A DNA stretch of 64,000 nt from an uncultured Gammaproteobacteria bacterium (GTDB lineage Bacteria > Patescibacteriota > Patescibacteriia > Magasanikbacterales > JBBTQS01): positions 438,359-502,358 of the forward strand of contig OZ246400.1 in NCBI GenBank assembly GCA_965230935.1, written 5' to 3'. Below the pieces are notes generated by a model. The model saw only the letters and a list, made by a program, of their open reading frames with translations. It did not search any database and had not been told where the DNA came from. Shown in pieces: positions 8,948 through 19,606 of the stretch. The position numbers and the translations under genes were made by a program. Within the stretch, counting starts at the first letter, position 1. Each line of letters opens with the position of its first letter.

Positions 8948-11900
8948 TTACGCCGGCGCTACTTGAGCATCTTGCAAAATCTGTTGCACTTGTTGTTGCA
9001 CATTGTCATTCCAATCAATGTGCATATTTGATACCACTTTTTTACCCCCCATTTCAAAAATCACCTGGTGCTCTCCCGGATTATTTTCAAACAGTTGTTT
9101 TAATGCGTCGCGCGTGCTCATTGGCAACCCACGCGGAATTGCAATGATCGCCTGTTGCTGATCTGCTGTTTGCGCCCACGCCGGACGCACCCCTCTTCCT
9201 AACCCAAGCACCCCCTGGATCTCTCCTATTGTTTCATCAGAAAGCACATATCCCTTATCAACAAAAACCTTGTTATCTCCTGCCTCTTTCCCTTTGCGCC
9301 CAACCACAACCACCATTTGATCTTCTTGCCAAATATGTTCTTTGCCTTCATACGCACCTGGAAATACCAACAATTCTGTTGTGCCGGTCAAATCCTGCAC
9401 ATTGACAAAGGCCATGACTTTCCCTTTTTTGGTAATCTTCTTTTTAAGAAAACTCACAATACCACCAATCGTTACCCATCCTCCTGGTTCGACCTGCTCA
9501 ACAGTTTCACTAGGACTGGCAATCCCCTCAAGAACATCTGCATACTTTTTATACGGATGACCTGACAAATACAAACCAATTAACTCCTTTTCCCATGCAA
9601 GCCGTTCATCTTCAGTAGCAGCTGGTGAATCTTGCATCGGTACTTTGGTACCAATATCCATTCCTGCCGAAGCAAACAGACTGTCCTGATTACTCGCACT
9701 ACTCTGCTGGAGCTCTTTTGAAAATGAGATAATATTTTCAATGTTGTGAAGCAACTTTCCTCGATCGCCAAATTGCTCCATTGCACCTACGCGAATCAAT
9801 CCATCAAGTGATCGCTTGTTTAAATCTTTGTGTTGTACCCGTTCCAAAAAATCCTCAAGCGAGGCAAACTTGCCGCCTTCCTTCCGCTTGGCAATGATAA
9901 CATCACAAATATTTTCTCCAACATTTTTGATTGCTGCTAATCCAAATCGAATACGCATCGGTTCGCCATCCTTACCTGTTGATACCACGGTAAACTTTTT
10001 AAACGACTCGTTAATATCTGGTGGCAACACTTCAATACCAATTCGATTACACCCGGCAACAATGGCGGCGACTTTATCACTATCTCCACTTTCAGCAGTC
10101 AACACCGAACTCATGTAACACACCGGATAGTGTGCTTTCATGTACGCGGTTTGATATGCCACAATGGCATAACTTGCCGCATGAGCTTTGTTAAATCCAT
10201 ACAAGGCGAAGGGTTCCATGAGCTTCCAAATCTCTGCGATTTTGTCTCGGTCTAACTTACCAAACTCTTTGCACCCATCAAAGAATTTTATCTTTTGTTT
10301 TGCCATTTCTTCTGGAATTTTCTTTCCCATTGCTTTGCGAAGCTTATCTGCTTCAAGCCAGGAATACCCGGCCAGCTTCATAGCCGTAGACATGACATCA
10401 TCTTGATATACCATCACACCAAACGATTTATCCATAACATCTTCAAGGCGTGGTTCTGGATAGGTGACTGGCTTACGGTCATGTTTACGTTCAATATATT
10501 CTGGAATTGAATCCATAGGTCCCGGACGAAACAGTGCCACCATGGCCATGATGTCAAAAATGGTTGACGGCTGAAGCTCTTTAAGATATCGCGTCATTCC
10601 AGATCCAGAAAGTTGAAACACCCCCATGGTCTCCCCGCGCGCAAGCATTTCAAACGTCTTCTGATCATCAAGGGGTAAGGTAAAAATATCAATCTTCTCT
10701 CCATGGACTTGCTCAACCAATGCAACCGAGTTTCCTAAAATCGACAAGTTACGAATTCCCAAAAAATCCATTTTGACCAGTCCAGCATCTTCAACTGATT
10801 TCATCTCGTACTGCGTAGTGATCTTCTCTCCACCGGATTCTTTTTGCACGGGGGTATAGTCAGTGAGTGGGGTTGGTGAAATCACTACCCCGGCAGCATG
10901 CACTGAACAATGCCGCGCATTCCCTTCAATCTTTTGCGCGATGTCTAAAAGTTTTTGCACTTCTTCGTTGCTTTTGTAGAGCTTCTTCAAATCTGGGGCC
11001 TCATTAAGGGCTTTTTCAATAGTCATGGGCATCCCTTGAGCACCTTGCGGAATCACTTTTGCTACTTGATCACAAAACGTGTACGACATGCCAAGTGCAC
11101 GACCAGCATCACGCACTGATGCACGGGCAGCCATAGTTCCAAATGTTACAATCTGTGCCACATGATCTTTACCATATTTGTTGGTCACATATTCAATCAC
11201 TTCATCACGACGATCATCAGCAAAGTCAGTATCAATATCTGGCGCACTTGGCCGCTGGGGATTTAAAAATCGCTCAAAGGGAAGTTTGAAAAATAGCGGA
11301 TCCACTGTGGTGATGTTAAGTGCATACGAAACCAAAGAACCGGCTGCAGAGCCACGAGTAGTTTCAACGATGCCACGTTCTCGCGCCCATTGTACATAAT
11401 CAGCAACTGACAAAAAGTAGGTTGAATATCCTTTATCCTTGATGATTTTTAATTCGTAATCAATGCGCTCTTCAACTTCATCAGTCACTTCCATGAGATT
11501 AGGAATGCGTGCATAGGTTTGCTCGCGTAACATTTCATCTGCAGTTTTCCCTGGCTCAATATCGACCGGGGGGAAATGCCATACCCCAAGTGGGATCTCG
11601 ACATTGCACGCATCAACGATCTTTTGGGTGTTCTCTAATGCTTGAGGTAAATGTTCAAAGCGACTCTCGATTTCTTGCTCAGTGCATAATGAGCGATCAA
11701 CATGCACCATACTAAATCGATTGGAGTCGTTAATCTTACGCCCTGTCTTGATGCAGCTCACAATATCCTGTGCTTGTGCATCATCAGGATCAAGATAATG
11801 CACATCACGGGTGGCAACAATTGGCACATCAAGCTCAGCACCAAGTTCGGCCAACAGATTATTCATGCGCACCTGCCCATCAATTTCTGGATGATCTTGT

Positions 11901-12424
11901 AATTCAAGATACAAATTTCCTTTGCCAAAAATTGATTCGTATTCCTGGATCTCACGCTTCCACACCTCCCGATCATCAGTACTATTGATGACCTGGGGGA
12001 TGATTCCGGCCATACATCCAGATAAGGCAATCAGATTATGTGCATGTTCGCGCAAAATTGTTTTGTCCACACGCGGACGATAATAAAATCCATCAACCTG
12101 GGCGATGGAGATGAGTTTCATGAGACTTTTGTATCCTTCAAAATCTTTTGCGAGCAGCACTACATGATGAACCTTTTGATCAATTTTAGGATCGCGCGAC
12201 TCAATTCCATTTGGGGCAACAAACAATTCAGCGCCCACAATCGGCTTGATTCCTTCTGCTTGGCATGTTTTGACAAACTTAATCATGCCATACAGCGCTG
12301 AATAATCAGTGAGTGCTAGTGCTGAGAATCCTCGCTGTTTTGCGGTCTTCACTAGCGGCTTAATCTGGGGCAAGCCATCTAAGAGTGAGAAATGCGAGTG
12401 AACATGTAAGTGAGTAAACGCCAT
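8948..12424 (-). CDS. dnaE: DNA polymerase III alpha subunit DnaE
   Basis: PHP N-terminus HLHVHSHFSLLDG, polymerase core, OB-fold tail; 1158 aa. Confidence 0.9.
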   Translation of the reverse strand: MAFTHLHVHSHFSLLDGLPQIKPLVKTAKQRGFSALALTDYSALYGMIKFVKTCQAEGIKPIVGAELFVAPNGIESRDPKIDQKVHHVVLLAKDFEGYKSLMKLISIAQVDGFYYRPRVDKTILREHAHNLIALSGCMAGIIPQVINSTDDREVWKREIQEYESIFGKGNLYLELQDHPEIDGQVRMNNLLAELGAELDVPIVATRDVHYLDPDDAQAQDIVSCIKTGRKINDSNRFSMVHVDRSLCTEQEIESRFEHLPQALENTQKIVDACNVEIPLGVWHFPPVDIEPGKTADEMLREQTYARIPNLMEVTDEVEERIDYELKIIKDKGYSTYFLSVADYVQWARERGIVETTRGSAAGSLVSYALNITTVDPLFFKLPFERFLNPQRPSAPDIDTDFADDRRDEVIEYVTNKYGKDHVAQIVTFGTMAARASVRDAGRALGMSYTFCDQVAKVIPQGAQGMPMTIEKALNEAPDLKKLYKSNEEVQKLLDIAQKIEGNARHCSVHAAGVVISPTPLTDYTPVQKESGGEKITTQYEMKSVEDAGLVKMDFLGIRNLSILGNSVALVEQVHGEKIDIFTLPLDDQKTFEMLARGETMGVFQLSGSGMTRYLKELQPSTIFDIMAMVALFRPGPMDSIPEYIERKHDRKPVTYPEPRLEDVMDKSFGVMVYQDDVMSTAMKLAGYSWLEADKLRKAMGKKIPEEMAKQKIKFFDGCKEFGKLDRDKIAEIWKLMEPFALYGFNKAHAASYAIVAYQTAYMKAHYPVCYMSSVLTAESGDSDKVAAIVAGCNRIGIEVLPPDINESFKKFTVVSTGKDGEPMRIRFGLAAIKNVGENICDVIIAKRKEGGKFASLEDFLERVQHKDLNKRSLDGLIRVGAMEQFGDRGKLLHNIENIISFSKELQQSSASNQDSLFASAGMDIGTKVPMQDSPAATEDERLAWEKELIGLYLSGHPYKKYADVLEGIASPSETVEQVEPGGWVTIGGIVSFLKKKITKKGKVMAFVNVQDLTGTTELLVFPGAYEGKEHIWQEDQMVVVVGRKGKEAGDNKVFVDKGYVLSDETIGEIQGVLGLGRGVRPAWAQTADQQQAIIAIPRGLPMSTRDALKQLFENNPGEHQVIFEMGGKKVVSNMHIDWNDNVQQQVQQILQDAQVAPA

Positions 12425-12522
12425 AGTACCCCCAGCTTACCACTGGTTGACATGCAGTGCAAAATGGTGTATTTTGGGGCCACCATGCGGCAAACCAAAG
12501 ACCAAAGAGGAGGGCTACACGC

Positions 12523-13506
12523 ATGAATGATCAACAAGGGTGGTATGCACGGGCGCTACCTCCCTCGTACGTGGAAGGCGGAGGCAGGCTCATTAGAGTA
12601 TGCAGCGACGGATCCCATATGCGTCTTTGCGTGATCTACGTTGCGCACCATCCCAGCGGCATGCCGGGCAAGATCACGCCGGCGGTCTTCACCGCTGAGC
12701 TGGGGGAGGCGCCGAGCGATTTGGCAAGGCAAGTGCGTGCGCTCTACAAGAGCCTTGGGGGAAACCCGAAGGTGTTGGGCGAACATTTCCTGAGCCGGCT
12801 CGCGTCGGAGCTGGAATTCGAACGCTTGTGCGAAGACGTACGAACCCGGCAAATCCCCATGGGCGCGACGCCTGAGGGAGCTGTGGTACACAAGTTCGAT
12901 GAGGATGACGTCGTCATCGACATCACGTTCGCACAAGAGGACGGCGAGGATCCACTCGACGACCGCCACCAAGAGACCGCTACGATTCCTGACGACATTC
13001 CCACCGCAACGCCAATGCGCGCGACGGTGACCCATGCTCGGATTGTCTCGGACTCGCACTATGTGGGACAGGTGGGCTGCCACGACTTTGGCGACATGGA
13101 CTTCCCGGTCGGGCTCGCTATGCTCGTCGAGGGACATCTGCGATCCGCCAGTCCGGGTGGGAAGGCAGTGCTCATGCTGATGAGCAACCAAGTCGGGTCA
13201 GCAGCCACGTACGCCGAGAAGTACCTGGGAGCGATCCCCAACGGGCCGGCTCTGGACGAGGTCACACTCTTCGTGAGTCACATCGACCCCGATGCCTGGG
13301 ACGAGCTCGAGAGGTTGTTGGCCAGCATGCGAGAATGCGGCTTCCCGCTGCAGATAAGCGCGCTGGGTCCAATGCCGGTGAGCAAGCCTGAGGAACGCAC
13401 AACGCCGACGCGCGAGCCGACGCCCAAACCTCAGGATGAGCCGAAGGATACGAGACCGACGTCCTCCGTTGGCTTCATGTGGCAGGGCAACCACAACATT
13501 CAATAA
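12523..13506 (+). CDS. High-GC (about 62%) hypothetical protein, likely horizontally acquired
   Basis: ATG 12523 with GAGGAGG SD 8 nt upstream (listed GTG start 12457 less likely); GC-rich codon usage contrasts with flanking dnaE/pheT; no recognisable domain. Confidence 0.5.
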   Translation: MNDQQGWYARALPPSYVEGGGRLIRVCSDGSHMRLCVIYVAHHPSGMPGKITPAVFTAELGEAPSDLARQVRALYKSLGGNPKVLGEHFLSRLASELEFERLCEDVRTRQIPMGATPEGAVVHKFDEDDVVIDITFAQEDGEDPLDDRHQETATIPDDIPTATPMRATVTHARIVSDSHYVGQVGCHDFGDMDFPVGLAMLVEGHLRSASPGGKAVLMLMSNQVGSAATYAEKYLGAIPNGPALDEVTLFVSHIDPDAWDELERLLASMRECGFPLQISALGPMPVSKPEERTTPTREPTPKPQDEPKDTRPTSSVGFMWQGNHNIQ

Positions 13507-13567
13507 CACAACACCACAACGCAACCCCTCCTTACCAGGAGCGGGTTTTGCAATTACCGCTGTTTCT

Positions 13568-13620
13568 AAAAAAATATAAATAAAGCGGCCGGGCTGTGCC
13601 CGGCCGCAGATAATCTTTTC
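13568..13620. terminator. Bidirectional terminator: GCGGCCGGG-CTGTG-CCCGGCCGC hairpin flanked by A-rich and T-rich runs between convergent genes
   Basis: perfect 9-bp GC stem 13585..13593 / 13599..13607. Confidence 0.55.
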
Positions 13621-13641
13621 TTAAATCACCACCAACACCCA

Positions 13642-13995
13642 CTACTTTTTCTTCTTTACTGTCTTGCGCTTAGTCGCTGTCCGGCGCCGTGCCGTACGCT
13701 TCTTTGGTTTTTCTTCTTCCTCATCCTCATCATCTAATCCAAACTTTGCGCCAACAAATTTGCCAACGTGCTTTGAAAGAAAGCTCATACCACCGGAAAC
13801 AAAATCAATTTTCTCTCGGATAAAATCTAACGCCGAAGCAATGGCATGAATCTTATCGCGAATCTCCTGAATAATCTCGTTCGCGTTTTTAAACATCATG
13901 GCCAAATAATAAATCATCCAGCACAAAAAGATCGTGAGCCACAATACAGAAAAGGCAATCACGATGTACAAAATATCTTTACTTGATTCAAGCAT
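13642..13995 (-). CDS. Small membrane protein (N-terminal TM, coiled-coil, acidic then basic C-terminal tail)
   Basis: YIVIAFSVLWLTIFLCWMIYYL TM; DDEDEEEEKPKKRTARRRTATKRKTVKKKK tail; 117 aa. Confidence 0.5.
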   Translation of the reverse strand: MLESSKDILYIVIAFSVLWLTIFLCWMIYYLAMMFKNANEIIQEIRDKIHAIASALDFIREKIDFVSGGMSFLSKHVGKFVGAKFGLDDEDEEEEKPKKRTARRRTATKRKTVKKKK

Positions 13996-14031
13996 ACCTC
14001 CTTAAATAAATACGAGAACAGTATAACACAC

Positions 14032-16470
14032 TTATGTGCGCAGTGTAATCTTGTGTTTTTGTGTAAGCGTTTTGATTAGCGCCCCATACACCACATCAAC
14101 CTCAGATGCGGTGAGTGTGCGCTCTGGATGTGAAAATTCCAAATGAAAAGCCAAGCTCTTCATGTGTTTGCCTACTGATTTCCCCCGATACACATCAAAG
14201 AGCTCAACATGAGTCAAAAGTGGATCAACACCGACAATGTCGTTCTTAATCCAATCAAATCGAATGTGATCAGGAACAATAAATGCGAGATCACGTTTCA
14301 CTGATGGGAATTTTTGCAGTGGTGTATAGGAAGTCTTTGGTGTGCGCAACTGTGCCAAACGCGTCAAATCCATACTAAAGAATCCGACACGCGATTCAAG
14401 ATCAAACGCAGCCATGTATGCCGGATGCAACTCTGAAATATCTGCAATGCGCTCTTTGCCATGATACACGGTCAATGTACGGCTTGGATGCATCCAATTG
14501 GTTTGGTGTTCATGTGGTTCAACTCGGTATTTAACCCCAAGTGCATCGAGCATACCAAGCGCTGCAGCTTTTGCCGCAAACACCGGTGTCGAATCTGTCT
14601 TACTACTAACAAGTCCAACAACATGATATGGCTGATATGGCAACAACGTCTTAGCATCTGGCCGCGCCTGGTCACCTTTTTCCTCTTTCAAGAATACTTT
14701 TGCAAACTCGCACAACCGCACTTCGGAAAATCCATTAAGATTCTTACTCATCTGATACAACACGTTTGGTACTAGATGACGACGAACATGGGTCTGCTCG
14801 CTGGAAAGCGGGTTTGCAATTTTGATATATTCTTTTTCGTCCAAATCTAATTTATGAAGTGTGTCCTCACTCATGAATGAGTACGACTGCGTCTCAGCAA
14901 ATCCAAATCGATCAACTAACACATTACGCGCACGAGTAATTACTTCACGCTCCGAATTGGCCTCTGGAGGGGTAATCACCATAACCGGCAAATCCTCTGC
15001 AATCTTGTCATAACCATAAACCCGCCCAACCTCTTCGACCAAATCTTCTGGAAACTCGATGTCTCCGGTTGCACGCCAACTTGGGACATCAACCACGAGG
15101 TGATCTTTTTTATTTTGCACACCAAAACCAAGTCGCTGCAAAATACTCATCACCTCTTTTACTGGAATTTCAATACCTAATTTCGCAGTTAGAAATGATA
15201 TATCAAGAGTGATTGGCTGAGTTATTGCAATCTTTTTCCAATCACCATCATCAGCCGTGTTGCTGATCACCGTAGCCTTTGGCATCAATTGTTGAATCAG
15301 CTCAATACACCGTGCCATGGCCACCTCGACCATGTTTGGATCAAGGGCTTTTTCAAATCGAGATGATGCGTCAGTACGTAAGTCCAGTGCCTGAGCAGTT
15401 CGACGAACAGCAAGCGGCTCAAAGTTTGCTGCTTCAAGTACAATTGTCTTAGTTTGACCATTAATTCCAGACTCCTCTCCTCCTTTAACCCCTGCAATCG
15501 CGATTGCTCGTTTCGTATCTGCGATCACACACATGGCATCACTCAACGCAATCTCCTCACGCCCGAGCGGCACAAACTTTTCATTTTTTTTCGCTCGACG
15601 CACAATAATCTCTGGCGTAGTTAATAGGTTGAGGTCAAACGCATGCATAGGTTGACCGAGTTCGAGCATGACGTAGTTGGTAATGTCAACAATATTGTTG
15701 ATTGCACGAACGCCTGCGGCTCGCAAACGTGCTTGCATCCACATTGGCGAAGGCGCAACATTCACCCCATCAACCACCACCCCCATATACCGACGACATA
15801 GCTCCTTTGCCTCAACACGTACTGTGAGATTCATCTTCTTTCCAGGAGTAATTTTGATGTGGGGATATGGTGTAAGTGGCGTGTTGTAAATCGCTGCAAT
15901 CTCTCGCGCTACACCATAATGACTCCATGCATCTGGTCGATTGGTAATCCCCTTATTATCAACATCAAGCGTGATATCGTCTAACAACAAGGCTTTGGCA
16001 AGTGACGTGCCAGGTTTTGCATCAATATCTGACAAATCCATGATCTCACGCTCTGCCTCATGACCAGTTGCCAGACCAATTTCTTCTGCGGCACAAATCA
16101 TGCCTTGTGAAATCACCCCGCGAATTTTGGTGTCTTTGAGTTCTATCAAATCCCCTTCTCCGTGCCAGCACACTTTTGCCCCTGCTTTGCCGAGTGCCAC
16201 TTTCATTCCCTCTCGCAGATTACTCCCTCCACACACAATGGTGTACTCTTTTTTCCCATCCGCTACTTTGGCAACTTGCAACTTGTCAGCATCAGGATGT
16301 TTTTCAAGTTTGGTCAACTCACCGACAACAATATGATCGTACCCCGTTGACCAATCATGATGCCCTTCCAGCTCAAAACTATGCATAGTTAACGCATCCT
16401 GCAACTTTGCCGGAGTTACTCCTTTAGGGAGTTTCACAAAATCTTGTACCCAATTTACTGAGATGTCCAT
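14032..16470 (-). CDS. pheT: Phenylalanine--tRNA ligase beta subunit
   Basis: 812 aa, tRNA-binding N-domain, B3/4 and B5 regions, immediately downstream of pheS. Confidence 0.9.
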   Translation of the reverse strand: MDISVNWVQDFVKLPKGVTPAKLQDALTMHSFELEGHHDWSTGYDHIVVGELTKLEKHPDADKLQVAKVADGKKEYTIVCGGSNLREGMKVALGKAGAKVCWHGEGDLIELKDTKIRGVISQGMICAAEEIGLATGHEAEREIMDLSDIDAKPGTSLAKALLLDDITLDVDNKGITNRPDAWSHYGVAREIAAIYNTPLTPYPHIKITPGKKMNLTVRVEAKELCRRYMGVVVDGVNVAPSPMWMQARLRAAGVRAINNIVDITNYVMLELGQPMHAFDLNLLTTPEIIVRRAKKNEKFVPLGREEIALSDAMCVIADTKRAIAIAGVKGGEESGINGQTKTIVLEAANFEPLAVRRTAQALDLRTDASSRFEKALDPNMVEVAMARCIELIQQLMPKATVISNTADDGDWKKIAITQPITLDISFLTAKLGIEIPVKEVMSILQRLGFGVQNKKDHLVVDVPSWRATGDIEFPEDLVEEVGRVYGYDKIAEDLPVMVITPPEANSEREVITRARNVLVDRFGFAETQSYSFMSEDTLHKLDLDEKEYIKIANPLSSEQTHVRRHLVPNVLYQMSKNLNGFSEVRLCEFAKVFLKEEKGDQARPDAKTLLPYQPYHVVGLVSSKTDSTPVFAAKAAALGMLDALGVKYRVEPHEHQTNWMHPSRTLTVYHGKERIADISELHPAYMAAFDLESRVGFFSMDLTRLAQLRTPKTSYTPLQKFPSVKRDLAFIVPDHIRFDWIKNDIVGVDPLLTHVELFDVYRGKSVGKHMKSLAFHLEFSHPERTLTASEVDVVYGALIKTLTQKHKITLRT

Positions 16471-16471
16471 A

Positions 16472-17500
16472 TTAAAACTGCTTCAAAAACCGCAAATCTC
16501 CGCTCATCAAATGACGAATATCCTCAATACCATACCGCATCATTACCAAACGGGTGAGTCCAAATGCATAGGCAACTCCTTGCCACTTTGCCGGATCAAG
16601 ATCAGCAGCACGCATCACATTCGGATGAATAAGTCCGGCACCCATCATCTCAATCCACCCGCTATATTTACATACCGCACACCCCTTGGCAGCACAAACC
16701 AAACACGCCATATCAAGCTCGACGGATGGTTCGGTAAATGGGAAATAACTTGGTCGCAATCGTACGGTCACCTCTTTATTAAAAAGACGTTGCAACGTGT
16801 GTTTAATAATCCCCTTCAAGTGCCCCATTGAGATGTGCTTATCAACAATCAATGCTTCGTACTGGAAAAACGTATGTTCATGCGATGCATCTGTTGCCTC
16901 GTTTCGAAAGTTCTTTCCTGCATAGGCAACGCGCACTGGTGCACCATATTGCCGCATCAACCGCACCTGCATATTTGACGGGTGTGATCGCATCACCCAA
17001 TCGTGCTTCCCGTCAATATAAAACGTATCCTGCATGTCACGCGCCGGGTGCGACGGCGGGATGTTGAGCGCTTCAAAGTTGTAATAATCAGATTCCAGCT
17101 CTGGCCCATCAATCACGACAAATCCCATGAGCTGGGCAATTTCTTCCATGGTCTCTTGCACTAACGTGTTGGGGTGCTTATGTCCTTGTTGTGCGCCGGA
17201 CAGCACCGGCTCAGTCACATCAACCCACTCACTATCTTTAATATGATCCCACTTCTTACGCTCAAACTCACGCGTTTTGTAGTCAATTGCTTTTTCAATC
17301 GCATCCTTTACCGAATTAAAAGATTTACCATATGACTTTTTTTGTCCCTCGCTCATCTCCTTAAGCCCGGCACGCATTTGCGCAAGCTCACCTTTGCGAC
17401 CTAAAAATTGCACGCGTAGTTTTTCAAGCGCTTCAAGATTTGCCACATGCTCGATTGCCTTGTGGGATTCTTTTTTAATTTTTTCAAGTTCGCTTTTCAT
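16472..17500 (-). CDS. pheS: Phenylalanine--tRNA ligase alpha subunit
   Basis: class II core motifs (FRNE, FTEPSVE, GAGL); 342 aa. Confidence 0.9.
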   Translation of the reverse strand: MKSELEKIKKESHKAIEHVANLEALEKLRVQFLGRKGELAQMRAGLKEMSEGQKKSYGKSFNSVKDAIEKAIDYKTREFERKKWDHIKDSEWVDVTEPVLSGAQQGHKHPNTLVQETMEEIAQLMGFVVIDGPELESDYYNFEALNIPPSHPARDMQDTFYIDGKHDWVMRSHPSNMQVRLMRQYGAPVRVAYAGKNFRNEATDASHEHTFFQYEALIVDKHISMGHLKGIIKHTLQRLFNKEVTVRLRPSYFPFTEPSVELDMACLVCAAKGCAVCKYSGWIEMMGAGLIHPNVMRAADLDPAKWQGVAYAFGLTRLVMMRYGIEDIRHLMSGDLRFLKQF

Positions 17501-17504
17501 GTAA

Positions 17505-18590
17505 TTAGTTTACCAGACGAACAATGTCACGATAGGTCACTAGAATAATCAATCCGATCAATAGAACAAACCCTATCATGTGCACGATGCCCTCGATCTG
17601 CGCACGCACCGGTTTACCGCCACGAATCTTTTCAATCAGCACAAACAAGATGCGACCGCCGTCGAGTGCTGGGATTGGCAAAATATTGATAATCGCCAAA
17701 TTAACTGACAGAAATGCCATAAATTGCAGCAATGCTACAAACCCGAGTTGGGCAACTTCTCCGGTGATTACAGCAATGCCAACTGGTCCGGCAACTGCCT
17801 CGCCCACTGACTCACCAGCGATCATCCGTCGAATCAATCCACCAAGGCCTTCGAAAATCCCAGTGGTCATGTTCCACACTTCGGTCACTCCTTTGTATAG
17901 TGCCACATGAACTGGATACGACACAACCCCGGTTTCATCAACTATTATCCCAAAACCAACTTGATCAGTATCTGGGATTGGCATGGCATTAATCGTGTAG
18001 TTAACAAACATCCCGTCACGTTCAACTACAAGTTTGCGAGCCTTATCAGGGTCTTGAGCCGCCACTTCATGAAGCTGAGCAACCCCAACGTTCCCCTCCA
18101 CTCCTTCGAGCTCGATGAGCAGATCACCCGCTTCAATCCCAACAGCACTCGCGGCACCTCCCTCAACCACCATCACCACTTCAGATTGATGATTGGTAAC
18201 CGTAGCACTCGGGTCAACCGGGCCAGTAATACGACGCTGCACACCAGCACCCATCACAATCTGCATTAACACAACGGCGACCAGAATATTCATAATCACC
18301 CCGGCAGCCAAGATTAATACGCGCTTGCTCGCTGATTTGTGTCCAAAACTATCCTCATCTACTGCCTGCTCGCCATTCTCTCCTTTGATTTTGACAAATC
18401 CGCCAAAGGGCAACCAGTTGAGCGAATATAATGTCTTGCCTTTTTGTACACCAAAAATTCGCGGTGGAAATCCAAACCCAAACTCATCCACTTGGCAGCC
18501 AAAGTACCGCGCGACAATAAAATGCCCAAATTCATGGGCAAGCACCAACAGTGCCAAAATCACGATAAAAATGATAATGGTCGTTACCAT
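17505..18590 (-). CDS. rseP: RIP metalloprotease RseP (site-2 protease, M50) with PDZ domain
   Basis: HEFGHF (HExxH) in first TM, PDZ region, LDGG motif; 361 aa. Confidence 0.8.
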   Translation of the reverse strand: MVTTIIIFIVILALLVLAHEFGHFIVARYFGCQVDEFGFGFPPRIFGVQKGKTLYSLNWLPFGGFVKIKGENGEQAVDEDSFGHKSASKRVLILAAGVIMNILVAVVLMQIVMGAGVQRRITGPVDPSATVTNHQSEVVMVVEGGAASAVGIEAGDLLIELEGVEGNVGVAQLHEVAAQDPDKARKLVVERDGMFVNYTINAMPIPDTDQVGFGIIVDETGVVSYPVHVALYKGVTEVWNMTTGIFEGLGGLIRRMIAGESVGEAVAGPVGIAVITGEVAQLGFVALLQFMAFLSVNLAIINILPIPALDGGRILFVLIEKIRGGKPVRAQIEGIVHMIGFVLLIGLIILVTYRDIVRLVN

Positions 18591-18728
18591 AGTGAGGATA
18601 TTGTACCGCTAATCGTTGGCTGGGGCAATGGTTGTGTGCGCATACGTATTAAATCCTGTTTCTTGACAAAACCACTAATTTAAATTAAAAAGGAGCTTAC
18701 CGGCAATCACGCCGAGGAGGAGGATTCC

Positions 18729-19385
18729 ATGTCACACCGACTGTTATTTGGGGGCACAGCTTTGCTGGCTTTGGTGCTCTTTGGCCCCATCATGTTCTTC
18801 TACGTGGTAGAGGAAAACCCGGAAGCTAAGGTCACCACCTTCAGTGAGGGCCGTGAGCGCACCGATCCGATGCTCTGGAGCGCAGCGATCTGCGCCAACA
18901 CCGGCGGGACCGAGCTGTTGGTGAAGTTCCATCGCAACACCGACTACCCCGAGGCCACACTGCTTCCGGACCCGAAGATCCCTGAGGGGTGGGTGTGCGG
19001 CATGTACCAGAGCCCTTGGCCGGTTGCTGGGGTGGACAAGGAGCTGCTGATCGTTGAGGATCCGCCCAAGGACTTTGCCGGGCTTCTGGTGTGTCCGGAC
19101 ATGGTTCCCAGCCGGGACGATGGTGTTGGGGTGCACCAGACAATGTGCACCGCGCTGACGCGGCAAAGCAACCGACAGGGCGACCTGCACTACGAGCTGT
19201 ACTTCCTGGCCGAAGATCCGGAGCGTGAGGGTCCTCAGCCGCCTATCGTGCGTATCAAGTGCCACGATGTACGCGAGCGTGAGCGTGCTGCAGCACAAGC
19301 AGCGCAAGCGATGACCGGCGACACGCCATCGGAGAGAGACTTGAAGGATCAAGACAACGAACCGGACGAGAGTTCGGTACCGTGA
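18729..19385 (+). CDS. High-GC hypothetical TM-anchored secreted protein (island gene 1 of 2)
   Basis: GAGGAGGAGGA SD upstream; N-terminal TM LLFGGTALLALVLFGPIMFFYVV; GC-rich codons; 218 aa. Confidence 0.5.
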   Translation: MSHRLLFGGTALLALVLFGPIMFFYVVEENPEAKVTTFSEGRERTDPMLWSAAICANTGGTELLVKFHRNTDYPEATLLPDPKIPEGWVCGMYQSPWPVAGVDKELLIVEDPPKDFAGLLVCPDMVPSRDDGVGVHQTMCTALTRQSNRQGDLHYELYFLAEDPEREGPQPPIVRIKCHDVRERERAAAQAAQAMTGDTPSERDLKDQDNEPDESSVP

Positions 19386-19531
19386 TGATCCCACCCGGCA
19401 TGCCGCCGATGAATGATGAGGAGCTCCGCGAGTACCGTGAGACCATGGCAAAATGGGCGCCGCGAGTAGTACTCTTCAACACAGCACTACTACTCATCGG
19501 ATTATGTCTCTGGTACCTCTTCGAGGGGTAA
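19385..19531 (+). CDS. High-GC 48-aa single-TM peptide overlapping upstream stop by 1 nt (TGATG), translationally coupled (not in ORF track because under 60 aa)
   Basis: MIPPGMPPMNDEELREYRETMAKWAPRVVLFNTALLLIGLCLWYLFEG; followed by CA-rich tract and terminator. Confidence 0.35.
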   Translation: MIPPGMPPMNDEELREYRETMAKWAPRVVLFNTALLLIGLCLWYLFEG

Positions 19532-19563
19532 CCTCTCCCACCAACAAACACACAACCAGAAAA

Positions 19564-19606
19564 GCCGCCTGACGATCACTGTGATCGCACACCGACGGCT
19601 TTTTTG
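19564..19606 (+). terminator. Rho-independent terminator ending the high-GC two-gene cassette
   Basis: GCCGCC...GATCACTGTGATC...GACGGC hairpin followed by TTTTTT (19600..19606). Confidence 0.5.

Noticed and set aside
9317-12301. Numerous 60-100 aa + strand ORFs inside dnaE, and similar antisense ORFs inside pheT, the giant gene and recG
   Set aside because: Embedded in long, well-supported genes on the opposite strand; no independent signals
12556-13524. Long antisense/alternate-frame ORFs inside high-GC islands (e.g. 12556..13191-, 13198..13524-, 18744..19451-, 35047..35580+, 49453..50286+, 50446..51411-, 51832..52176-)
   Set aside because: High-GC DNA is depleted in stop codons, so spurious long ORFs are expected; these lack SD sequences and overlap better-supported genes with SD sites and sensible protein features
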